DNA of 64,000 nt from Gekko japonicus (GCF_001447785.1 NW_015169795.1:593327-657326), one strand, 5' to 3'; counted from the first letter of the stretch, positions 50,740 to 64,000 are shown. A program made the numbers and translations. The notes: generated from the letters alone by a model not told the origin.

Positions 50740-51240
50740 ACGCCAGCACACAGAAAAGCCCACGGCGTCGAGCGCACTACGAGCCCCGCTTGTGTTGCTG
50801 TTGCACCAGGTCCTACTCGTCCCCCCTCCCGCTCGCTCGCTCACACCCCCAATACCTTCTCCCGATCGATGGGCTTCTCCGGTTCTTTCTTAATCTCCTC
50901 CTGAGTAACGCGAGACTCCACCGCCATCTTCCCGCCCGTTGGCCCTACTCCCCGTGAGGACGTCGCAGACGAAGAGAAGAAGCCGGGTTAGTACCTCCGC
51001 GAAGGGACTGGGCCTTCCTCCGCCCGGCCCTTTCTTCAGCCCCGCCGAGCCTACCGCCACTTCCGCCTTTCCCCCCCCCCCGGACCCGCCGAGAACTCCG
51101 AGTTGCTATTCTCCCCGAAACAAGATGGCGGCGCCCATTGCCGTCGGTTTGCCGTGGAGCTGTGAGGGTCGCCTTCGCTGTAAGGACGGTTCTCTCGCGA
51201 GATCACAAGCTAAATCCTCACGAGAAGTTAAGATCGTATT
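50740..51240. promoter_or_regulatory. SAP18 CpG-island promoter
   Basis: CpG-rich; ETS-type CACTTCCG 51058-51065, YY1-type CAAGATGGCGGC 51121-51132, perfect BANP-type TCTCGCGAGA 51193-51202. Confidence 0.85.
50856..50927 (-). CDS. SAP18: SAP18 exon 1 (coding part); total CDS 462 nt, 153 aa
   Basis: MAVESRVTQEEIKKEPEKPIDREK; donor aag|gtattg. Confidence 0.98.
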
Positions 51241-51479
51241 TCAAAGTTGGGGGAATGGAGGGGGAGGGAAATAATGATTTGCTGCTCTGTGGAGGGATTC
51301 TGAACAGGCTCCCACTTTGGTGACTCTGGCCCATATTAGTTTGAGGATTAAAATCCTCACGTTATGTATATACGCGTGTTTAAACGTGTACCTGGGAAGA
51401 ACCCTGCCCCAATCAGGTGTCACGTCCACTGCTTACCAGTGTCTCCTGCAGTAATCGTTTTGATTGCAGTTGCCTTTTA

Positions 51480-51796
51480 TAGGGTTGCCAGCCTCCAGGT
51501 GGCACATTAAGCGACACACCCCTAATGTAGCCAATCCTCCAAGAGCTTACAGTAGCTCCTGTAAGAAGAGCTCTGTAAACTCTTGGATTGGCTACATTAG
51601 GGGTGTGTGGCCTAATATGCAAAGGAGTTCCTGTTACAAAAAGAGCCCTGAGTTTCCCTGGAGAAAGCGGTTGCTTTGGAGGGTGGATTCTATGGCATTA
51701 TACCCTGCTGAGGTCTCTCCCCTCCCCAAACCTCGCCCTCCCTAGGCTCCACCCCCAAATCTCCAGGTGTTTCCCAACCCAGACCAGGCAACCCTA
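51480..51796. mobile_element. hAT (Blackjack-like) MITE containing an internal hairpin element
   Basis: TAGGGTTGCC/GGCAACCCTA termini; internal inverted repeat CACACCCCTAATGTAGCCAATCC/GGATTGGCTACATTAGGGGTGTG. Confidence 0.7.
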
Positions 51797-53914
51797 TTTG
51801 CTAATCCCAGGGATCTAGTAAGGACGAACTAAAATTATTCCAACATGAGTCACAGTTCACTTCATCAGATCTGTAGTGTCTATCCAAAATACAAATTTAG
51901 CAGCTTGGAATGGATACTCCTATGTATTTGTTCTAGAAAGTTTACGCTGAAATTACACCTGGTAGTCTTTAAAGTGATACTGGACTCGCTCTAATTGTGT
52001 GGCCTGTATAAGGGAAATCCCCGCCTTCCCAGTTTAAAGCATTATGGCCTACTATACTGTGTTGTGTGAATTAGCAAAAGAATGACCTGCTTTGAACACT
52101 TGAAAATGCACTCTGTCAATAAGCAATATTACTGATTGTGGTGGTCTGTTTTATTTGGTCCACAGTATGTCATGTGCCTATTGATCTGCTGCTTTCATAT
52201 ATGATCGTAGTTTGGCCTCTTCCACCAGTGCTGAGTCAGTAGTTCCCCTGGATCAGCAATCATCTTTTGGAAACCAAATATCACAAGCTGAATCAAAGCA
52301 AGGAAAGGGCTACGACAATTCAGCATCCATTCAGGAAACACTGTGTCAGGAAATCTGTTGTTCAGTAGTCTGGTGAGGATAAAACCAGCTGTTATTTAAA
52401 AAAATACAAAAAATGTTTGTACTGACATGTTTCTAGCTGCATTCTTTCTCAAGGGTTGTTAAAATAGTTGTGGACAGGACAACACAACAACGAGCTTGCA
52501 TGTGCATATAGCTTTCAAGATTTCCTGTACCAAAAATATCATGTTTGAATGCATTTAAATGCTCTAATAATATCTGCATAATCTCCAGTATTTTTACCCA
52601 GAGACATACAGTCTCAATAAAATATCATATATATACAAAAAGAAAATAGCCCCATATCACTTTTCAAGAAGCAAAATGATACTTGAACATTGTTTTCCAT
52701 ATCTGTTAGAATTTATTGAGACTATATGTCTCTTAGTAAAAATAAAAGAGATTATGCTGATATTATTAGAGGATTTGCATGTTAAAAAGACTGTTAGGCT
52801 CCAGTCCCATCTATTATGCACTTCACAAGTTTGCCAGGTCTTTGGCAACCTTTAGAAGAATTGAGACACCAAAAGAGAAGCAGCCAAACCTGTACTTGAC
52901 ATGTTTGAGGTGAATTATCTTTAGGTAAAATTTGCACCCTGTTTACCACCATTAGCTACGTTTCACATAAAACAGAACAGAAAAAGGGAAGGGAGTGGTC
53001 TTAGCCAACAAGAACCATAAAGCCAACTGTAGTGCCCTCTAAACCTTGTTCAGCCTGTGTTTCTTTCGGGATTTTCAAAACGTGGTGGGTACCACCACAA
53101 AATGGCTGCTAGTTACTACTAAGTGGCTGTTAAGGGGGGGGGGGCTGGGCTGCAGTCAATCACAAAATGTTGGGAGATTCCAAGCCAATGGTTGTTCTAT
53201 GAGGGAGGCTGGTAGCCGTTTCCTAAAGGATGCTCCCTGCAGACACACAAAGGTGATGTCTACTGGGCTCTTCTGAAGTACCTCCTGCTTCGGTGATGCT
53301 GGGAAGCATCTCTGCTTTGAGGCAGAAGGAAGTGGGCAACAAGGAAACAGTGCAGAGTGACTGCAAATGCCATGTTGAGGATTGCTGCTCTAAAGTGAAA
53401 GACAAGAGCAGCCTGGCAAGGAGAAGCTGAGGAGTCTGGCGCTTTTTTAAAATTTAGAGAATAGACAACTAAGAAATTTGATGAAGGTTTATAAAATTAC
53501 ACGTGGTTGTGGTGAAAGTAGATGGAACTTTTTCTCTGGGTCCTATCATACTATTTATTTATTTATTTATTTGATTTTTATCCCGCCCTCCCGCCGAAGT
53601 GGCTCAGGGCGGCTTACAACATTAAAACCAATAAAACAATGCCTCTAAAACAATCTATAATAGTACAATAAAATCGCTATTTACACACAGTACAACATAC
53701 CCATGGCGGCAACTATAAAGTGCAATCATGCTTAGTCTGAGTTGTTAAATGCTTGACGGAATACTAGAATTTGTGGGCATTCAGTGAAACTGATGGGCAG
53801 TAGATTCAGGACACATTTGGTAAAATTAGCACTTCACACAATTTTGGAAATCACTGCCACAGAATGTGGTGGCAGCTGGAAGTTTAGATGGCATTAAACT
53901 GGGGTTGACATGGG

Positions 53915-54655
53915 CAGGCCTGTAGCCAGGATTTTTTTGTTCAGGGGGCATTTAACTTTTCAAAGGGGAAGTTAAAGTTAATTAAATTGCTCTGGACACC
54001 TGTCTTTAAAGGGGGAGGCTCCAAGCCTGTTTCTAGCCCTTCCTTTCATTTTTTCCCAGCCTTGCACAACCCCAGGAAAGCGTCAAAGGCACCGGAGGAA
54101 AGGGAGGGAGTTTCAAAGCAGCTGAGTGCCAAGGTTGCCCCTCTTCATTCCCCCTGCCTTAGAATAGGCTATCCCGTTTGTTTCAAGGGGGAGCCAGAGA
54201 AAGTGCTGCAGTGAACTTAGGAGGAGTCAGAGGAAAGAGGGGAAAGAATGGTGTGATGTATTCTCATCAAACTTTGTAAAGGACTGGGGTGGGGAGGGTG
54301 GATCTGGTCGCTTTTCTGTCTTCTCCAAGNNNNNNNNNNNNNNNNNNNNNNNNTTGGTGGGGGGGGGGGTTGGGGGGAAATATAGTTAGCCCTGGTCTGA
54401 GAGAAGAAAAGTTCACTTGAAGAGTGAGTTCCAGTTTTGGCGGGGAGTGTGGCTGTGCATGATCAGAGTTCTCCCCTTCCCCTGAAGCGATTCCATGGAG
54501 AAGTCAGTGACAGTGCAGGGCAACCCCAAAAGAGCAGCAGCACCAGGCAGAGACAGTAACCTTTTAAAAATGAGGCTTCTGGCATGGCTATTTGTGGGGT
54601 GGAGCTCTTAATTAAGGGGCGGGGCCTGAAATGCCCCACTGTAGCTACAGGCCTG
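53915..54655. mobile_element. hAT-like non-autonomous element inside a fragmented CR1 3' end
   Basis: TIR CAGGCCTGTAGC/GCTACAGGCCTG; left flank GACATGGG, right flank GACAT then interrupted by an L2 tail; same terminus at 15391. Confidence 0.7.
54330..54353. other. Assembly gap (24 N)
   Basis: Run of n next to a poly-G tract. Confidence 1.
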
Positions 54656-55771
54656 GACATTTATTTATTTATCCGATTTCTAGGCCGCCCTCCCCGCGAA
54701 CGGGCTTAGGGCGGCTAACATCAGGGCACACACGCCAGTACATAAAAACAGGATAAAACCAAATAGTTACCAAATTTACAAAATAAAATGCTCCAAGATG
54801 GTCCAAGATAGTAGTCTTCCATTTAGTAGATGCTTTCTGTCAGTTACTATCAGCCATACTGGTTCAGATTTAGCCATGGTGGCTCCATGTTCAGAGGTGG
54901 TATACCTCTGCACACTAGATTCTGTGAGGCAGAAAAGCTGTTGCCTTCATGACTTGCCGTGGACTTCCCAGAGGCATTTTGGTTGCCCAATGTGGGAAAC
55001 AGCCTTCTGGACCAGCCTCTTTTTTCTTTACTTTTTTTTTTGCCATCAAGTCACGGCCGATTTATGGCGACCCCATAGGGTTTTCAAGACAAGACACGTT
55101 CAGAGATAGTTTGCCATTGCCTGCCTGTGTAGCAATCCTAGTATTCCTTGGTGGTCTCTCATCCAATTCCTTGCCAGGATCCCTGCTGAGCTTCCGATAT
55201 CTGATGAGATTGGGCTAGCCTGGGTTATTCAGGTCAGGGCAACTATGGATAGATGGATGGATGGATGGATGGATATAAACTGTATTACAATATCTAGTAG
55301 TTTAATAATTGTATTGCAAAATAAACATCAAACACAATGTAAGAAAACCAATTAGAAAATAATTGCCATGCAGATTACAAACACAACATCTGCAAACTAA
55401 AACAATACATCTCAGCACTAGCACTATGATGGTCACAGGAGGGTCTTTCTTCAGCAAAATAACCGTAATGCATTTTTCAGGTAAATCATTCAACAACATT
55501 TCCTTTTTTTTTTATTGTGACCTGAAATACATTGAGGATTAGCTAGATGGCACTCAAATCTATTTCCATGTCCAGGACGAAGGAAATGCTTAAAACCTCA
55601 AATCAAGCCATTTTGTCAGAAGACCCTCTTATTTTATTGCTCTTTACTTCCTAAGTGGTATATATACTATATCTAAACTGTTCTACATCATCTTGGATGG
55701 GAGTAGGGCCTTCCGTATTGCATTGCCAAAAAACTACTGGGAGTTTTGTGGCACCTTAAAGACTGATTTTA

Positions 55772-56226
55772 GGTTGCAGTCACATGCACCAAAAAAACAG
55801 GGGGGGGGCTATTTCTTCCAGAGGAATTTGACCCACAGTTGCACAATCACACCGCCCTTTGAAGCTGCGGGTGCAGTCCATCAGTGTGTGATCAGACGCA
55901 GTGTGTGTTGTTTCTTTCCCATGCGCTTAAACGGGATCGATGAATCGCACATCCCCACCAAGGGCTCCCTATGGAGTTTGCGATGATGCACATACTGGGA
56001 AGGGGGGGGGAAACAATGGCACGGAGTCGGGACGGCCTGATCAGACCATCCCGATGCCATGAGCATGCTGAAGCAATCAGACACGGGAAAATCCATCCGT
56101 GGCCCATCGCAACCTGTTTACTACCAGGTTTTCCCCGGTGTCTTTTAACTCCACTTCTGTGGCGGAGCAGAACGGGTTGCCAACGGCTACGGGGCGCTTC
56201 CCAGATGTTGTTGTCTGATTGCGCCC
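55772..56226. mobile_element. Harbinger-like GC-rich MITE
   Basis: Imperfect TIR GGTTGCAGTCACA/TCTGATTGCGCCC; CpG-rich relative to flanks. Confidence 0.5.
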
Positions 56227-57528
56227 TTTAGTGTAGGAAATTTGGCCATTCTTTCTTCTGGCAGGTAACCCTGCCAGGTAGATTTGCAGCCAGAACATTT
56301 CAGTTTGTTCTCTCACAAACTCATAATATGCATCTACTCAATGCTGATCCCTCTAAGAACAATATTTCAGTTGTTTTAAGAACAGATCTTGGAAAATATT
56401 TTAAGAATCTTATTTGTCATGCAATTAAGAGCACAGTTTGTTCGTAGTATAAAGGGGGGGGTTGCTTGTTTTGAGTAGTAACTGTATGTTTAAAGGGGGA
56501 AAAGGCACAGGAAATGAATTTCCAGTCTTTTTCCTCATAGGCCGATGAATCACTTGCATTCTTGGCAGTCAAGTTCAAATTCACAAGAATGCTCAGTTTG
56601 ATCAACTTCCTTCAAAACATCATTATAAAAAAGTAAGCACAAAGCGACAGAGTGGGGGAAGACAAAAAGAAAATGCTGCTTTGACGGGCCTATATGTAGA
56701 AAACGTCACAACGCAGAAGTGTCAGAGAGACCTTTAATCTAATGTGTAAATCCCCCCCCCCAAGTCTGTTTTACCATAGAACAAATGAAGGTAATCCTAC
56801 TGGAAAGAATATGAAAATATTAATCACAATTAAATATAGTGTTTTGTATTTTTTCAGGCGTACAAGAGTGCACCTATCATATTCACTTCTGAGGCTGTTA
56901 GGGAGCAAGAAAAGCTGGATTGCCAGGCAGCTTCCCTATTTTGAGATAAATAACCTTGCAGCTCAATCACACCACCAGCAGTATTTCCAGTGTACCGATT
57001 TAACTGGCTAAGCTGGTTCTGCTGGTTCTATTGTGATGTAGACAGAGGGTGAGAAGATTCAATTGTTCCTTACTATTCAGTTGACTTGTATATAAATTCT
57101 ATAGCTTTGAGAAGAGCTATAGAAATATCATGACTGATAACAAAAAAAGATAATAATGACTCACTGAACAAAGTAGCCTTTAAACATAGTCTAATGCTTT
57201 GCTAACATAACAAGTATTTCTGAAGGAGTTATTTTTTTCATTTAATTGAATACATTTATATGCCACCTTTCCACTCAATTCAGGGTATACAAGGCAGACA
57301 ACATTAAAATATTTTTAAACATTAAAATTCATTTAAAATACAAATATATATAAAATATGTAAAACAGGTAAATAAAATATAAAGACATAAAGCCACAAAC
57401 AAGATGGAAGACTAGTAAGAGTTAGTGGGCAAATACCAAACAACAACAAAAATCTTCACCCACTGGAAGAAGACAATGACAGAGAGACAGACAAATCTCC
57501 CTGAGGAGGGAGTTCCAGCATTTCAGAG

Positions 57529-57713
57529 TAGGGTTCCTAGCTCTAGGTTGGGAAATACCTGGAGATTTTGGGGGGGAACCTCAGCAGGGTATAATGCCAT
57601 AGAGTCTATTTTCCAAAGCAGCCATGTTCTCCAGGGGAACTGATCTTGATCATCTGGTAATCAACTGGAATAGCAGGAGATCTCCAGGTGTCACCTGGAT
57701 GTTGGCAACCCTA
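57529..57713. mobile_element. hAT (Blackjack-like) MITE within an L2 fragment
   Basis: TAGGGTTCC/GGCAACCCTA; perfect 8-bp TSD TTTCAGAG. Confidence 0.85.
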
Positions 57714-58373
57714 TTTCAGAGTGGTGACCAATAAGACCCTTTCTGGGATGCCATCCATCTAGCCTCAGATGGTGGGGTCACCCAAAGCAAGGCTTCTGAA
57801 GATTGGGTAGGTTCTTCAGGTAAATGCTGTATACTGGAAATAAAAGATAAAGTAAAAGTTTCCTGCTACACTGATTTAAATGTGTATATCAATGTAATCC
57901 TTTTGCTTAGTGTTCTGTGTAATTCTGTTGAAGGCGGTCTTTTCAAGTCCTTTGCTGACAGAAAGCCAAGCACACTAATAAGCAAAATTCCTTCAAGAAG
58001 AAAGTCTGGTTCCAGCTTTGTGAGAGCTGATGGCAACTTGGCCCAGGATAACTGTCCTTGGGTTGGGAAGGCCAAAGCAAAGACTGTGAGGAGCATAGCT
58101 GGAGGGCGGAGAACCAAGACAGATGGTGATTCTGCATCTTGGCTGGTGGACCCTTATAACTGGCCAACCCAGCCTATCATTGTTGGTAGTGGTAAATTTA
58201 GAAATCCCTGTAATGCTTTGATGGTAGATTATTAATACAAATGGACCCCTACACGGTGAACAAGGATTATAATTGTAAAATTTTACCGTGGCAAATGTAT
58301 AGGAACTTTCCATAATCGTAATGCCATTTCACTGCAAGAGGAGTGTAGATAAGAACAAGTAACCACAGAAAAA

Positions 58374-58588
58374 TTACGAGAATGTCTTGCATCATGGTGA
58401 CATTTCCTTGAAAACAGTTAGACTCCTCTAGTCTGTGGACATATTAATTCTTCTAAAATACTAATTGGAAGCCATACGTTTTACAAGAATGTCTTGCATC
58501 ATGGTGACATTTCCTTGAAAACAGTTAGACTCCTCTAGTCTGTGGACATATTAATTCTTCTAAAATACTAATTGGAAGCCATACGTTT
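58374..58588. repeat. Tandem duplication, 2 x 107 bp
   Basis: Units start at 58374 and 58481; one mismatch. Confidence 0.95.
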
Positions 58589-61288
58589 CTCTGAAACTCA
58601 AGAAGAGGGGGGAAATATTCTACGGTAAATATTTGGTCAGAGAATTTTTCTTACATACCTGAATGTTTTCATCTCAATCTGTGAGTGACTAACACTTGTG
58701 AGCTGAGCTGACTGAATCCATTCCAAGACCAAAAGTTATGAAAGCGTGCTTTGAACCAGCTTCCTTTCACATTACCACCCAGTCAAGGACAGCCCTGACC
58801 TTTCTGGACCACCCTCTTCAGGAATGGAGGCCATTCAGCCTGCATCCTGTCTCACAGATGCACAGCCCAACCCCTCCCAGCAGAAGAGTTTCTACGGCAG
58901 CAGAATCGTGACATTATGCTTCTCTGTACAGTTTGAACTGTGGATTTTTGTTTGTAAGTTAAAAAAAGAAAAGAAAAAAGGTGAAGTGGGTTTGAACAAA
59001 AGTCCTACTATCAAGACCTATATTTAGGAAGGCATACTGAGCTGTAGAGTAGTTAGCAGTGCACCAGCTACTTTTTAGAAAATAAACTCTCCTTATCTAA
59101 ACATTGTGTTATAATGCTAAATTCTTGATGCTTTCTTTCTGATACTTGACTGGTGCTTCTGCTGGTTCAAAGAGTGAGTTTACAGTTGGTTTTCTTGTTT
59201 AGGAATGCTTCTCAGGTGGCATCCCATAATGCATTGTGGGTAGCTTTTCTTGCCTTGTTCCTCAAGGTAGTAGAAATGACTTATCATCAATCCTAGTTTG
59301 TTTAAATTTATCAGAAGCACCTTCCACTCTCGATATGATCGCTCTTGGGGAAAAATCATTGCCTTTTCAGGTTCTTGTACGTGACTGAACATACTTACCT
59401 GACCCTAGTAGAGTTGCCAATGGCACCTAGAAATCTCCTGAAATTACAATTTATCTCAGACTACAGAGATAAGTTTCCCTGGGGTTGCCAGGCCAAGTCC
59501 GGCAACCTGAGGAAGGGTTGGGTGCAGGGTTATGGGGGTGTGATGTTAGCAGTGTCTCTTTGTCACTTCCAGGGAAAACCTGGAGGTGACACACGGTAGC
59601 TCAAGGAATCTTGAAAATCTATGGTGCTACAAAGTTTACAGCAATTCCTAGAGCTACCCTATGTCACTTCCGGGTTCTAACCAGAAGTGATATAGCAACG
59701 CCACAACGTCACTGTTTTGTTTTTTTGTTTTTAATTTATTTTTCTCCTCCTGCTGCAGGCATAGAGGGCTGTCAGGGGGAGTTCTCCTGCTGTTTCCAAT
59801 CTCACTTTCACAATTCAATAATGTTTCAATCTGTCCCATATATTGAGGTGGTTTACAATTAGGCAGGCTGTGAGGTATTTTAAAGTGGCCTACCTACCTA
59901 AGAAAGAAAATTTTGGGGTGGTTTCCCCCAAGGACAGGAAATTGTTAATATTTTAGTGTATTACATTTTTACCACAAGATGGCACTATTTTTTTCTGCCT
60001 CAGGCACCAAAAATGTTTTGACCTATCTCTAACCCTATAATACTCATACTCACCTGAGTCAATTAATGTATGATGGCCATGATTCACATTAAGGTATTAC
60101 TGGAAACAAGGGTTTGTTATTTGCAAGCATTCTGCCTTTGGTCCTTACTATACCACAAGGGCTGCTCCCCTGTTCAGGACACCCTGTCTAGACCAGAGCA
60201 CAAACAATAAGCTGAAGCTGAATTTGAGTCAACGTGTGGTTTCTCACCCCCAGTAATGCTGACACCAAGCAAGTCGTGGCTGGGTCTCATTTGTAAGGTC
60301 AGTTAAGAGACCTCCTCCAGAGAGAGCTACCTGAGCTCCCCACTGAAAGAGGGTGGATGAGCCCTAGAGACAGGGCACCATGATCATGGGTTTCCTTCCC
60401 CACATAAATGCACTTAGCACAAACTCTGCTGAACTCAAGGTACCAGACAAAAATACTCTGATGATTCTTTGTTAATTTGTTAATATTTGCATTCCAGCCT
60501 ATCTTCAAGATAAATGGTTATCCTCTGGAGGTTTGCTGCTGATTTTACTGCTGACTTTAATGGATTTTACTGCTGTAGTTATATTTATAGTTTTAATGCT
60601 GCCATTGTTAATAGTTTTTTAATTATTTATTATTTAATTATTAATCATATATAATTATTGTATTTAATTATTCTCTGTTCCATAAGCCACATTGGGTGTA
60701 AATATTAACAGCATGAGATATAAGTATCTTCAATAAAGAATAAGATAAAATTGTCCTCATGAGTTAGTTTTCCCACCGTGACTACTCAAACACTTAAAGA
60801 CTAATGACATCATATTAGCATCCTCCAAAAAATATCTTCTGTCCTCCTGCTCATCTATCACCAATAATAGCCAACATGGCACCAGCTGCGAATACTTAAA
60901 TCTGCAGATTGGGGCCATGTTGACAGAAAACAGATAATACTTCAAACATGGGGGCTTGCAGAAAAATCTGAAAAAGGAGGGAGGGGGTTAAATCCCCCCA
61001 AAGGACAGGGATGCTGCCTGTGCATCAGCAGAGGAGGGGAGGTGGAACCACCTCAGCACTAACAGCAGTCTGGCCACTGCCACCTCTCAGGCTGGTAGGG
61101 AGGTGGACCAGAAGCTGCTGTCCCTCTCCATGCTTCAGCCAGGTGGCAGTACTGCTATGAATGGACAAGTAGGGGAAGTGAACCAGGAGCCAGTTTGGTG
61201 TAGTGGTTAGGAGTGCAAACTCTAATCTGGGAGAACCAGGTTCAGCCCCCCACTTCTCCACATGCAGCTGCTGAGTGACCTTGAGCAA

Positions 61289-64000
61289 GGCGCGAGCTTT
61301 TGGCGCGAGCTGAAGGGCGAGAACCAAAGAGCTCTTGCCCTGTGGCTCTTAGCCTGTGGGTCGTAGCCTGTGGTCTTGCTCGGAGGCCTTGTAAGAACCT
61401 GAGTAGGGAGCTGCTACTGAGTTCTGGAGAGAGAACTGCTGGCAAGGTAGCCATTTGGTCAGTCTCAAAATTTTCAGGGTACATCACCACAACAAGAGTT
61501 TACATTGGAGTTTGAGGAAAGTTCCTGAGGCTGTAGAAGATAGCATTGCTCCTTGGAAGATGGATAACGAAGGATCTATTCCAGTGACCTGCCTGGGTTG
61601 CACCATGATCATGCCGTGAAATGTGTTATACATGCTGCAAGTACAAGCTTATAAGAATGCTTGAGGAGAAGGTGGGAGAACTCGAGGCACAAATCTGTAC
61701 ACTGAGGAACATCAGGGAGACAGAAAGGTTTTTAGTCGTGACAGAAGAGGGACTCCTAAGAGAACGGCAAGAGCTAGCAAATCCTAAGCAAGAGGAAGGA
61801 AGTAACAAGGAACAGGTGGGTGAGTGGATGAATGTGACCTTGAGGAGTAAGATAATCAGGAAACACTCACAGCCAGTGGAGCTGCAAAATCGATACCAGC
61901 CGCTCCTGATGATGGAAGATCAGAATAGCACATTCCGAGATCAAAAGGATGTGACTGACACACAAGCACATAGGCAGAGAAGGAACCAAGCTATCCCACA
62001 GAGGAAGAGATGAGTAATGGTGGTTGGTGACTCCCTACTGAGAGGGATGGAAGAAGTTGTATGCAGACTGGACAAGGAATCTCGAGAGGTTTGTTGTCTT
62101 CCTGGAGCGTGTATCTGAGACGTGACTGAGAGAATTCCAAGACTGGTCAAGACCTCTGATTGCTACCCACTACTGCTGATCCATGTGGGATCAAATGATA
62201 TCGCCCAAAGAAACCTTGAATGGATCTCCAAAGACTACAAGGCTCTGGGCAAGAAGGTGAAAGATCTGGGGGCACAGGTGGTGTTCTCCATTTAACCAGT
62301 TGAGGGCCATGGAGATGGAAGGGAGAACAGGATACTGGAGGTGAATGGCTGACTACGTAGATGGTGCCGTCGAGAGGGATTTGGCTTCCTGGACCATGGT
62401 ATGTACCTCCGATATGAAGGACTGTTCGCGATGGATGGGGTGCATGGGAGGAATGTCTTTGCTGGAAGACTTGCGAACCTGATCAGGAGGGCTTTAAACT
62501 GAAGACATTGGGGGTGGGAAGAAAAAGCCTGATTTTGTGTGGCATCCCCAACACTAAATTCAAGAAGGGGAGTGACCAGAGAATAAATGAATGGGAGAGA
62601 GGTGAGTTCAGTAATTTTCAGGTAACTTCGAAGGGACCTATGGTAGGAAAGGATGTCTGTAATCTGTGATGTGATGACAACAGAGTATGGGAAATAAAGA
62701 GGAGGAACTTGAACTTCAAATATTGGAAAGTAAGTATGATCTGATAGGTATCACTGAGACTTGGTGGGATGAGTCTCATATATGGAGCACAGCGATCAAA
62801 GGATATACCTTGTTCAAATGGAACAGAATTAACAAAAAAAGGAGGCAGGGTAGCACTATATGTCAAGAATGAATACGCTTGCACTGAAATACAGGATTTT
62901 GAGAGTTGCCCTGTTGAAAGTGTGTGAGTAAGGATAGAGCGGGGGGGGGGGGGGAGAAGGGGATATTGTTGTGGAGGTATACTACAGACTTCCAAACCAA
63001 CCAGAGAAACTGGATGATGCATTTGTACAACGGCTTGCTAAACTTTCACAGAGACAGGATGTAGTGGTTATGGGAGATTTCAACTATCCAGATATTTGCT
63101 GGAAATCTAACTCTGCTGGACATGGGGCATCCCGCAGATTCTTGAATAGTCTTGCAGACAACTTCATCTCTCAGAAGGTGGAGGTGGGAACCAGAGAATC
63201 TGCTATCCTGGATTTAATTCTGACTAACAGGAAAGAACTGGTTGATGAAGTGAATGTTGTGGGATCCTTGGGGAATAGTGACCATGTCAGCTTGGAATTT
63301 GACATAGAGAAGAATGTGAAACCAGGACATAGTAGGACTTGTATCCTGGACTTCAGGAAAGCTGATTTCAAAAAACTCAGGGAAATATTAGGCAGGATCT
63401 CATGGCTGGAAATGCTGAGGGGGAAATCTGCACAGGAAGGATGGGTGATGCTGAAAAATGAAGTGCTTAAGGCACAATCTCAAACTGTTCTAGTAAGAAA
63501 GAAAAGTGGGAGACAGGTAATGAAGCCAAGGTGGCTGAACAAGGAACTCTCTACAGAGCTGAGACTAAAAAGGGAAATGTACAGGAAATGGAAGGAGGAT
63601 CAGATTACTGAGGGTGAATACAAAAAGGAGGCTCGAATCTGTCAGAAAGGCTAAAGCACAGATGGAGCTGAGGCTTGCGAGGGATGTTAAAAATAACAAG
63701 AAAAATTTCTATGCCTATGTTCAGAGCAAAAAGAAGAACAGGGATGGGGTAAACTCATTGCTAGGGGAAGACGGTCAAGCCTTAACAAGGGATGAAGACA
63801 AAGCGGAATTACTCAACTCTCACTTTGCGTCGGTCTTTAACCATAAGGTGAGCTGTATACAAACTGAAGAATGCAGGGCATATGAAGGAAGGAGGAACTG
63901 CCAGTCCAGAGTAAGTAAGGAACTGGTTAGAGAGCATCTAGCTGCCTTAAATACTTTCAAATCTCCAGGGCCAGATGGCTTGCATCCCAGGGTGCTAAAA
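61289..64000 (+). mobile_element. CR1 LINE retaining its 5' end: 5' UTR, disrupted ORF1 (61560-62502) and disrupted ORF2 endonuclease region; runs off the window
   Basis: ORF1 Cys motifs, coiled coil and esterase-like VVGDSLLRG / HVGSND; ORF2 LIGITETWW, VVMGDFNYPDICW, LDLILTN, GNSDH; several stops and frameshifts; abuts a SINE 5' half (61187-61288). Confidence 0.93.

Noticed and set aside
50928-50990. N-terminally extended SAP18 isoform as annotated in human
   Set aside because: No upstream in-frame ATG before an in-frame TAA at 50990-50988

Overview
Vertebrate nuclear DNA, judged from its repeat content to be a squamate reptile (probably a gecko). It holds the conserved block ZDHHC20 (3' end, +), MRPL57 (-), SKA3 (+) and SAP18 (-), in the same order and relative orientation I know from human 13q12. 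MRPL57 and SKA3 share a bidirectional CpG-island promoter. I reconstructed exon structures by hand from splice signals and protein similarity: SAP18 complete (4 coding exons, 153 aa), MRPL57 complete (104 aa), SKA3 9 coding exons (about 431 aa, last exon tentative) and the last two coding exons of ZDHHC20. The rest is transposon-rich: CR1, L2, L1, BovB/RTE, tRNA- and 5S-derived SINEs, hAT and Harbinger-like MITEs, Penelope-like remnants and a probable LTR. The most unusual structures are: (1) a ~700-bp, ~98% perfect palindrome in MRPL57 intron 1 whose missing end is replaced by a flipped copy of its own hairpin tip; (2) a dispersed family of decayed minimal hammerhead-ribozyme motifs, including an 88-bp TSD-flanked insert and a two-ribozyme foldback; (3) a TIR/TSD-bounded element filled with ~140-bp tandem repeats in SAP18 intron 1; (4) an ORF1-only, poly(A)-tailed L1. 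I cannot demonstrate a new biological system from sequence alone; these are candidates. Family names come from recalled motifs, not database searches.
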